DNA from: Callorhinchus milii | Taxonomy: Eukaryota | Length of the DNA: 64,000 bases | Direction: 5' to 3' | Assembly: GCF_018977255.1 (NCBI RefSeq) | Contig: NW_024704742.1 | Location: forward strand, 85,376,001 to 85,440,000 | Shown: positions 48,535-59,300 of the stretch, piece by piece | Position numbering within the stretch: the first letter of the stretch is position 1 | Layout: each line of letters opens with the position of its first letter | Program-made: the position numbers and the translations under genes | The notes under the pieces: generated by a model | Seen by the model: the letters and a program-made list of their open reading frames with translations, nothing else | The model's database searches: none | Told to the model about the DNA's origin: nothing

Positions 48535-49823
48535 TCCTGACCATCTGTGACCAGGCCTCCCTATGCCTCTTCGTCCTCGTCGACCTCTCTGTTGCCTTCG
48601 ATACCGTGGAATACTCTATCCTCCTCCACTGCCTCCTCCTCTCACCTCAACCTTCAAGGTTCTGTCCTTGAATGGTTCAGGTCTTATCTCTCACACCGTC
48701 TCCAATTTGTCTCCCCCAACGGTTTCTCTTCCAGACCCGCACTGTCTTGTGTGGTGTTCCTCAGGCCTCTGCCCTCGATCCCCTCCTCTTCAACCTCTAC
48801 ATGCTCTGCATTGGTGACATCATCCGCAGACACGAGGTCAACTTCTATATGTAAATGCATGACACCCAACTCTATCTCTCTGCCATCACCCTTGACAGAC
48901 TGAGGTCCTGACAGACTGGGACTTGATGTCTGTCAGGCATCAAGTCCTGGATGAGAGCCAACTTTCTACAGCTGACATGTCAGCAAGATTGAGGCCCTCC
49001 TGATTGGCTCGCACCAATGGCCCTCAGGGACTAGTAGCATCAGTACCCACAGTTGCACACTCCACCTCACCAAGCCAGTCAGCAACCTGGGCGTCTTGTT
49101 CAACCCTCAACTGTCCTTTCTCCCCCATATCTGTGCCATGACCTGCTCTGCCTTCCCCCACCTCTGCAACATTGCCCGACTCCGCCACTGCCTCACCCCT
49201 CAGGCCACCGAAACCCTCACACATACCTTCGTCACCTCAAGGCTCGACTCCGGAAACTCCCACCTTGTCGGCCATCCCAGGGCTTCCCTCCACAAGCTGC
49301 AGGTCATCCAGAACTCTGCAGCTCGTGTCCTCTCCCGCACCAGGCTCTGTGACCCCATCACTCCCACCCTCGCCCGACTCCACTGGCTCCCCATCCCCCA
49401 GAGGATAGAATTCAAAATCCTCATCTTCACTTTCAAGGCCCTCCGTGGCCTTTCCCCCTCCTACATCTCTGACCTGCTGACTCCCTATCAACCTGCTCGC
49501 TCCCTCTGCTCAGCGGGCTCCAGCCTACTCCATGTCTCCCGCCCAACCTGCCGTACCATCGGCGGTCGGGCTTTCAGCCTCTCTGCCCCCACCTTCTGCA
49601 ACTCCATCCCACAATCCCTTCGCTTTGCCCCCTCTCTTGCCTCCTTCAAGGCACGACTCAAGACCCTTCTTTTCAACCGTGCCTTCAGCCACCCTCCTAC
49701 CCCCTCTGCCCTCCCTTACCCCAACCCTGCCCTCCACGCTCGGGTCCTGATCCCCCGACTGTTCGGAGCCTTGGGACGTCCTCCCGACGTGAAAGGCGCT
49801 TTACAATTGTAATGTTGTTGTTG
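48535..49823 (+). mobile_element. 5'-truncated L2 LINE immediately upstream of the DDX58 promoter
   Basis: 238-aa L2 C-terminal ORF (49096-49812), degraded RT upstream, gggacgtcctcccgacgtgaaaggcgct tail. Confidence 0.92.
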
Positions 49824-49874
49824 AGTGTGCAATAAGGAAACGGTTTGGAATATTAACGGGTGTTTCTTTGTTGC

Positions 49875-49932
49875 AGTTTCTATTCCTGGCAAAGGCTGGT
49901 TGGCTCTGAGATAAGTTTCACTCTCTGTTTCC
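49875..49932. promoter_or_regulatory. ISRE/IRF-like motifs upstream of DDX58
   Basis: AGTTTCTATTCC (49875-49886) and AGTTTCACTCTCTGTTTCC (49914-49932) resemble AGTTTCNNTTTC; 310-370 bp upstream of the ATG of an interferon-stimulated gene. Confidence 0.55.
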
Positions 49933-49986
49933 TGCTGGGGAGCAGCAGCCAGAAAGGGAGCATGTGATTTACTGGAAGTGGCGTAG

Positions 49987-50187
49987 GCAGTGAGGGGCGT
50001 GAGTCTGTGAAGCAGTGAGGCTGTGAGGCTATAAGGGAGTGAGGCAGTGAGGGAGTGAGGGAGTGAGGCTATAAGGGAGTGAGGCAGTGAGGCTGTGAGG
50101 CAGTGAGGCTGTGAGGGAGTGAGGGATTGAGGCTATGAGGCAGTGAGGCTGTGAGGCAGTGAGGGAGTGAGGCAGTGAGGGAGTGAG
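49987..50187. repeat. 8-bp tandem repeat (GTGAGGCA/GTGAGGGA/GTGAGGCT) in the DDX58 promoter/5'UTR
   Basis: About 25 units read directly, ending ~57 bp before the ATG. Confidence 0.95.
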
Positions 50188-50243
50188 CGCCTCTGCACTG
50201 AGGGCTGAGCGCACACAGCGCCGGTGTCGCACACGGTGGGAGA

Positions 50244-50349
50244 ATGAAGGAAACGGATAAGGATTTGCTGCGCCTCTACAAAACATACATCACCGGCATC
50301 GTTCGCCCCTCTTATGTCTTGGCCCATCTCGTAGACTTTATTTCATCCG
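50244..50349 (+). CDS. DDX58: DDX58 exon 1 (CARD1 start)
   Basis: [36 protein letters not shown]|gtatgt. Confidence 0.85.
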
Positions 50350-53300
50350 GTATGTGAGCTTTTGTTGCATTTGCTGGTTTTGTTTGTTTGGGGGTTGAGA
50401 GCTGCTTTTATGGGGTTGAACAGCTGTTGCTCAGGGAGTTGTTTTGCTCAGTGCTGATTTTGTGTATCATTGTTGGTAATAAGTTGTTGGTGTGGAGTAA
50501 ATCGACCCCAGAACAGCACAGGTTTTCAAACAGCATTTAAACCACGGGTTTGTTGTCTTATACCATATTTCAATCGACTGATTCAGATACAGGGCATTGT
50601 TTTCATTTAAAAGTTTTCAATTACATTTTAAAATCTTGCAAATAAAAGCAATGCATTGCATCTGAATCGACCAGAAGGGGAGAGGTCGTGTGTCACCTGT
50701 TTTTATTACTGTATGTGGTCAGGGAATCAGGTAAATAAGCAGATATCTCTCTCCAGGAAGAGAGTGTGCATTCCTTCTACATGTATGGATATTTGCATGT
50801 TCATGTGCTGGTCACAGAGCTGTACAGGGTGTCCACAAAGTCCTGTTACCCCCAGGATTTTTTTTTTGACCCAACAACTGAAATATGTGGAGAAATATGA
50901 TGATTGTATTTAAGAGTGGTTTACTATATTCAATACAAGTGTTTTGTTGTATTTAGACATCCAGAGGATCAGTGTGTGTGAGCGCCATCGCTTTCATGGC
51001 ATTTAATGATCCGTCGCCATGCTTAGTGATATATCTTCCATAACATGGATAGAGTGACGAGGTGAAATGCATCTCTGACAACTTGTGTCAGCTCTTCCAT
51101 AGTGTTATACCACTGTTTTGTAACAGGATCTTGTGGCCACCCTGTAGTTTGGTTTGAATGCTCTTAAATATGATGATGAGGTTTCGCTCCTGTCAGACAA
51201 CCAACAGTATAAAAGCAATGAAATATCCTAAACCGTTCCCTTCTGAATGAGCAACAAGGCAGTGGGTTCACAGAGATTTCCAGTCGGTCAAGGGAGATTT
51301 ATTCACTGTTTCTATTTGCTGTGTTGTAACAAGGAGTGCCACTGGGATTGCATAAAAGCAGTTTCTTTCCTTGCTGACATGCACATTTTGTTTGCCTAGA
51401 CATTCCATCTCTACTGTTTGGATGTATAATGTTAAACTCTCTGCAATCCTCTCTTATTCCCAGCTGACATTGAACAGATTCGATCAGAAGAACAGAAGTC
51501 AGTCACCACCTCTGCAGAGCTCTTTCTAGACTGTCTGTTCAAAGTGGAAGAACAAGGCTGGTTTCAAGGATTTTTAGATGGACTTACAGCAGCAGGTTAG
51601 TGAGACTTTTATTATGGCTTTAAAGCAATAGGTATAATACATAATGATCATTATTTTACTTCCAATTTAATATTTTATTTAATCTAATCCTAACAATGGG
51701 AGACAACAACAACAACAACAACAACAAGATTCCATTTATTGAGCGCCTTTCACGTCGGGAGGACGTCCCAAGGCGCTGTACAACTGGACTCAGGACCCGA
51801 GCAAGGGGGAAATGGTCAAGGTGAGGGAAGGGAGGGAGCGAGGAGGGGGTAGAGAGTCGAGAGGGGAGCTGAAGGCACGGTCAAAGAGACGTGGTATTTT
51901 ACTGGAGTCCCAGCTTATGGACCAGGAAGTTGGAACTCCAGTCCATGCTGAGTTTAGATATCCGGAGGATCGGGCTGTATGGGGAGGCTAGATTGGATCT
52001 CGTCTTCCTAGGATTCCTGGAATGGTCCTTTTACACCACCCGCTACTGGTCCTGTGTGTGTATGGCAGAGGGTGGGAAAGGTCAGGCTTGGCTGTGTTGC
52101 CCTCCATAGTCGAGTAGTCTGCCAACAGTCACCTACTCTTAACTGAGGGGATACATCCCGTAATTGACCTCTGTCTTGGGTTCTATGCTATCCGCTATTG
52201 ACGGGTCCTTTTTTTTTCCCTTTCCACCTTTTGGTCAAATGTCTCCACTCAGCAGATAGCGAATACTACCAACCTATTCAGAATGGAAACTTAGTCCTAT
52301 CATTCAGTTCCCTGTTCTCTCTTTTGGTCCCACAACATTGATTGCTGCCCTGACAGCATTTAGAGGCCGTGACATAAGCTGGATGGCGAGTAAAGTGTTG
52401 TGATGCTCTGCACCTTGTGTTTGCAGGTTACACTGGTTTGGCAGAAGCCATTCAAATGGCTGACTTTTCCGAAATTGAGAGCCTTAAAGGACACAAGAAG
52501 CTTTTAGAACGTGTCACGCCAACTATTATTAACAATGTAAAACCTCACGAAATTCTTCCTTATATGAACTCATGTCTCCTGCCCAGGGAATGCGAGGAGA
52601 TCCAACAGGTACCTCCTAAATAATCAGATTGCTTTTCTCTTTCTCTGTCGCACATAAAGTGAAAATTTCAAGACACTACCCTGTGTGGAGGGCTCTATAT
52701 AAGTGCAAGTTCTTGTTAGCATTTATTCCGTGTAGTACCTGTCAAGTGATTTGAGGAAGAGAGAGAGGGGTTAAAAGCACAAGACATGGAGAATTTTCTG
52801 ATGGGTGTCTGGAGGTTTATGCAGTAAAACACGAGACATGTTTAAGAGATTTTAACAGCTGTGAAATGTAAGGAAGAGAGAAGTTTTACAAAGCCGATGA
52901 CAAGAAGAGAAAAAATTAAAAGAATTTTGGAATTTTAGGGCTCAAATTGCATTACAGTGGAAGCCACTTAAGCCAGACACATTGGGTTTCCTTTCTCCAC
53001 TCGCCTCTGTTTACCAGCAGTAAATGGGAACTTGGTTGTTAGTCAACTGACAGGTAACTTTCCGGCAGTAGTAATCCCACCCAATAAATAAATAATAATA
53101 ATTTGGTCATTCAATCTACGTCTGTTTGTGGGACATTATTATTATTATCTTAGACGCAGATGCAGCTACTTCTAGTTCTTCATGCAGATTTACACAAAGG
53201 TATGAGGGAAGCTTTGCCTTTCTACAGCACCTTCACCTTCCGCTTGTCACAGTTCCGGGTTTGAAAATGTGCCAAATGCGGTGTTTCCTACCGTTTCAAA

Positions 53301-56300
53301 TGCTCGCCTTATTGCACTGAAACCAAAATGAACAGCACTGACTTGATTCAACTCATTTGTGTAGCTCACAACAAACAAGGGCAATGCTGCTGGTGCGGAA
53401 AAGCTACTGGAGTGTTTGCAGAGGTCGGACAAAATGACCTTCTACAAAACGTTTACCCTGGCTTTGGAGATGTCCGACAGTGTGGCAGTCACTGACCTGC
53501 TGTGTGTAGATTCAGGTAGACTGAAAATGTTGACGGAAAAAATAGTTAAATAATTCAAATTGGTTCCAATCTCTCCACCTGGGGGCTCTTTTCCCCCTAT
53601 CCTAATCCCAAATGACACTGGCGATCTGTGCATGCACCAGTTTGTAGCATTCGCCAATAAAACACACAGTCACTACACTTGACAGTAGCCTGGAATTCCT
53701 CAGTCTGGACACGCTTGCTGGCATTACCCAGGAGCAGTGTTAACCTGACACTCTCTGTGCCCAATGCCACTGATAGTGACAGATAGCTCAGAAGAGGAGC
53801 TAGCCATTCTGTCGGGGCAGGATGGCTGAAATTCTGACCTATCGCCCAAGTTCCCGCCTCTTTCTTTATTTTTAAAACAAAATGACAATCTTTTGCTAGG
53901 GTCATTGGAACATCACCCAATGTTTTGCCCAGTGTTCCTCCCTCATCCCAATAAACGCTACCTGCTTGTTCCCTGCTGCTGGTGGGATATGTCTGGGGAG
54001 GATCAACTACGACAGGAAAGGCACTGTACAAATCTATGTTTTGTGTTGTTTCCTTTAGATGAGATGAGCACAGAGCCTAGTGACTGTAGCAGTTCCTTGA
54101 TCCATGAACAAGAAATTCACTACATGGAGCAGACAGGCAAGGACGACGCGTGTGAAGCTCCGTATCCAGGCAGGTCTCCCCCGTACCTGCTGTGCCGTGT
54201 GTTAGTTCTCGGTCACTCTGCTACCTAGGATAGAGCTCTGTGTCAGTCAGTCTCTGACACTCCCACATACTCAGGGCAGTGATGGAGGGGAACAAGCACA
54301 GCCTCAAAGAGAAATATTTTCCTTCATAGATTTTCTTTATTGACGAGAAAATCCACACAGCTTCCAACAGGTCGCTGTGCATTAATGTCCCCCACAGTAA
54401 CCACACTCAGCACTGAGCTCAATAATACATCTATGTACAACAACAACAAGATTGATTTATAGAGCGCCTTTCAAGTTGGGAGGACGTCCCAAGGCGCTGG
54501 ACAGTTGGGTCAGGACCCTATCAGGGGAGAAATGGTCAGGGTGAGGGGAGGGAGCGAGGAGGGGGTAGAGAGTCGAGAGGGGAGCTGAAGGCACGGTCAA
54601 AGAGAAAGGTCTTGAGACCGGCCTTGAAGGAGGAAAGGGAGGAGGCGGCGAAGGCACTGGGGGATAGAGTTCCAGAGCCTCGGGGCTGAGAGGCTGAAGG
54701 CCCGGCCACCGATGGTAGGGCGGTTGGGGCGGGGGATGTGGAGCAGACTGGAGCCAGAGGAATGGAGGGTACGGGCGGGTAAGTAGAGGGATAGTAGGTC
54801 GGAGAGGTAAGAGGGAGCAAGGCCGTGAATGGCCTTGTAGGTGAGGATGAGGATGATGTAGATGGGGGAGGGTTGAAAGATCCAGATTGGGGGCCAAAAA
54901 GCTAACCACAAAGTATTCACCAATCCACGGCACTTCTAAACATTTAAAATTTCATCTTTACCCCAACTTTCACTCAGTGTGCCCACAAAATATACACTCA
55001 ATTCATTTTACGGTATATTCTGTGAAGCGCTTTGAGATGTCTCAAAGACGTGATAAGGCACTATATCAAATGCAAGGATTTTGTAAATTATTAAGAGAAT
55101 TTCTAAAACAAACCTTGTTGCTCAAACCATAGCAGTGTGTGCAGCTGCTTCTGTCACTGGGTGCTGCAGGTGCTTTATAAACTACAGTTTTCTTTCCCCC
55201 TGCTTTTTTGGACTCGCCCACTGAGGTTTTAGATAAATGTATTGTTTTATTATTATTATGCTAAACGACAGCAGTGCCCCCAGTCCACATTCTGGGATCA
55301 CATCCTCTTCCCCTCCCCAAACCCTAGCTCTTGCCAACTAAGAGCCTGATACTTTCCGGCACCGAGGAGAGAATGTGCACTGCATTCCATCCCAGTTAAG
55401 GACATTTCCATGCAAATGTGGAACTGGCATTAGTTCGCCTTGGGTATGGAGTTTCTGCATGGCGATGGAGTTTCTACGTGTGTAGGACTCTCACACCCAC
55501 ACACAAACACACATGACGGCTCTCACTACCCAAATGTAAGTAACCTTTCCCCTCTTCCTTACACCGCATCTTAGGTATGAAAGAGGTGATGACTGACTCT
55601 ACTTCGCTGAAGACACCTGGTAAGTTCCAAAAAAAACATCAACAAACAGCCATGTTTACATGCCCCCTTTCCCGGCTTGGTTAACCCTTTCTCTGCCTCC
55701 TGTCATTCCCACAGAGAGACACCAGAAGAACTCCTCTGACGTCAAGGATATGAAGCTGAGGGAATACCAGAAGGAGCTGGCCAGGCCGGGGATCGAAGGG
55801 AAAAACACAATCATTTGCGCTCCGACAGGTACGCACTGGGGTGAACAAGCTGCTAAGTGCAGGAGCTGAGTCCACATTTTACATTCACTTCACTTAATAT
55901 TAGAGACTACTAGCCACCAAGCAAGGATCAAATGAACGTTTTCGATTCTACTGGTGGTTAAATACCTCTCAGTATCTTCTAGCTGTTCACAAAGTCCTGT
56001 TACCCCCATGTTTTTTCTTACAGTGCTGACCAACAACTGAAACATGTGGAAGAATAATGATAATTGTATTTAGGAGTACTTCACTGTGTTCAGTACAAGT
56101 GTTTAACTGTATTTAGACATGCAGAGGATCAGTGTTTGAGCGCCCTCGTTTTCATGGCAGATAATGATCCGTCACCATGTTTGGTGCGACATCTTCCATA
56201 ACACGATGGAGTGAGGAGGTGAAATGCATATCTGACAACTTGTTTCAGCTCCTCTGTAGTCTTGTATCACTGTTTTGCAACAGGGAGTAACAGGACTTTG

Positions 56301-59300
56301 TAGACAATCTGTCTACCTAAATACCCTTTAAATACATTTGACTCTGTTGAAGTCCTTCCCTGTATTATTGATGGAAGAGAAGTGTGTTTGGAGAGTGCCT
56401 CGTACTATTCAATCCTTGTCGTGTTCTGTCTGGGCAGGAGGTGGGTAAGTGACCCACTCCCATACCCTCTGCCTGGAATCTCACAGTCCAAACACTGCGT
56501 GAAGCTAGGGACCTCTTTTCCTCTCCCACCCCCATCCGCCCCATATCCAGCGTGGGCACATATCCTTCCACCCTGTTCCACAGCAGGTTGCCATTCACAC
56601 CCATCGCCACTGTTCTGCTCTGTCCTATAAAACCTTTCTGTCATGAGCAAGAAAGGACACGATGAGTACACAGGATGGATTTAACTCGAGCATCAATTAG
56701 TCTTGGCTCGTTCACTCCTCCCCAAGTACATCAACGTGCAGTTACAACACGGGCACTTTTGTACAAGTGTAAACTAAATGGTTTTATTTCATCCATTTAT
56801 TGATTTTGTGAATTTGCTTTTGAAATGACAATCCAGGCTGCGGCAAAACACTAGTCGCCCTGACCATCTGTGAGCATCACCTGAAGGACATGCTCGAAGA
56901 GAAGAGGAAGGTTGTCTTCCTGGCAACCACAGTGCCCATCTACCAGCAGCAGAGCCGCCTGTTCACTGACTACTTCCAGAACACCAGGTACCACCTGAAC
57001 ACAACCCCGCCTGAGCGCAACCCCCCACCCCCCGCCCAAGCGCAGCCCCCCCCACCGGCCGAGCGCAGCCCACGCCCGCAGCCTTGGAATCAAACCTGAT
57101 TCCTCTCGCTTGTGAGCCGAGCACTGTAACTAATCCCAAAGAATGATATAATATTGATACGTTGCTTGCCAGAGACCCAGCTGACCAAAGGAAAAATTAT
57201 AGAGGAGTCTTGTTTGAAATGATCGCACCTTAGAACTCAATGTGCCTGAATTACCTGTGTCTCTGTCTTGCAGTTACAAAGTGGCTGGGCTGTGTGGTGA
57301 GTCTGCGGAGCATGCTCCCGCGCAGATGTTAGTCGAGGTGAACGACATCCTGATCTTCACGCCTCAGATCCTCTTAAACTGTCTCAAGACCAGCACCATC
57401 CCATCCCTGTCCATCTTCACCTTGCTGATATTTGATGAATGCCACAACACGGCTAAAAGTCACCCCTACAATGTCCTAATGCAGCAATACCTGGACGCCA
57501 AGCTCAGTACAGACTCGGAGCCCTTACCACAGGTGAGTGTCGGCCTACACTCGTGCTTGTTCTGCTCAGCACTGAGCGGAGGTGAAGAAACCGCAGACTC
57601 CACTTAAAAGAGAGAAATTATGCCGTTGAGAAATTTTGAATAGGATCGTGACTTAAAGTACAAAAGTCAAATAAATAAGGAAAATCCTGAGGAATCTTTC
57701 AATGTACAATATTATTGTATATTTAAGGTCTTTCCTCTTTGATCGTGCCTTTGGTCTTTCCCGCCCACAACCCCCACCCTAACCCCTCCCTTGGCCCCCA
57801 GCTCGGCTACAAACCTGGACTGTCCAGTACTTTGGGATGTCCTGCTGACCGGAAAGGCGCTGTATAAATGTTTATTGGTTATTGTATGCATAAATTTTAA
57901 TGCACGCTGTTCTTTGGTATATTCTGAAATCTATATTTCAAGCTTCACATACCCTTCACATACCAGTATATTCCATGTGAGGGAGGATAGCCTGGGGGTA
58001 CGTGATCTTGAAATATATTACAGTATTTTTATTATCCTGTAGATCGTTGGATTGACTGCATCGATTGGAGTTGGTGATGCCAAAACTGTCCAGGAAACCA
58101 TGCAACATATTTTTCAAATTTGTGCCAACCTTGATATGGAAACCATATCCACTGTGAGAGAGAACTTGACTGAGCTGGAGAAGTTTGTCTTTGTTTCAGA
58201 GAAACGTAAGTGTATTACTGCGCAATCCTGCTGAAAGTCTGGACTCTTGTCTGGCTACACTGCTGTGAGACGCCTGGGAGAGGTGCAATGTGTGATGCCC
58301 CTGAAATCTTGCCCATCAGCCATTTCTGCTCCTGCCCTCTGGCATTCCATTCGGGGTCCCTCCTTCCTCCCTCCTCACCTTGAAAGCCTGCCTGAAAGTC
58401 TTACCTTTTCAACTGTGTTTCCAGTCATCTTTTTCCCTCTCCCCCTGCCTCCCCTAACTCGGTTGCCCAGTTAAGTCAACTGTGTGAGCCTTTTAGCCAT
58501 ATTATCATTATTATCCTCTCAGTGTGAATATAAACTGTGTTGTTTAAAACCTTTTTCCTTCTCTTCCTGAGCAGATATTCGAGAAATCGGCTGTCGTGTG
58601 AAGGATCCTTTTGCAGATATTATTTTTGGGATCATGGAGCGCATTGAGGAGATGGCCAGGAGTGTCTATAATATTGGTAACTGATACCTTCCTCTGACCC
58701 ATTCACTTGTGAAACTGCAAATGACAGAGTCCTTCTCAGCAATGCTTCAAATTGAGGATTAATTGCGTAAATAAGCAAAATGTACCGTATTGTTGTTGTT
58801 TGAGGGATTGCAGGGTCAAAGATTCCACTCCCAGAGTAACATATCCAATGTGTCGATTAGCGGTTTGTGGTAATCCTTTAAAAAAAAGGTCACTCAATCC
58901 ATGACTGTTTGTGGGACCCTGCTATGTGCAATTGTTGCATACAGCGTTGCTGTGTGAAACGCTGCCACATTTTGCCCAGAAATATACAGTCAATTTGCTT
59001 TACAGTATATTCTAGGAAGCGCTTTATGACGTTGTAAATTCGTGATAAGGCGCTATATCACGGAAACTGCTCTGGTCAAGGTCACAAATGACATCCTGAC
59101 CAGGGTTCCCTCTGCCTCCTCGATCTCTCCGCTGCTTTTGACACTGTGGACCATTCAATCCTCCTCCACTGCCTCTCCTCCCACCTCAACCTCCAATGTT
59201 CTGCCCTTGACTGGTTCAGGTCCTACCTTTCACATCACCTCCACTTCGTCGCAGCAAACGGCTTCTCTTCCAGCCCCCTCACTGTCTCGTGTGGTGTTCC

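Noticed and set aside
57001..57083. Pro-rich continuation of the DDX58 exon 7 ORF ([11 protein letters not shown]...)
   Set aside because: Lies after the AG|gtacca donor; short intronic GC-rich repeat
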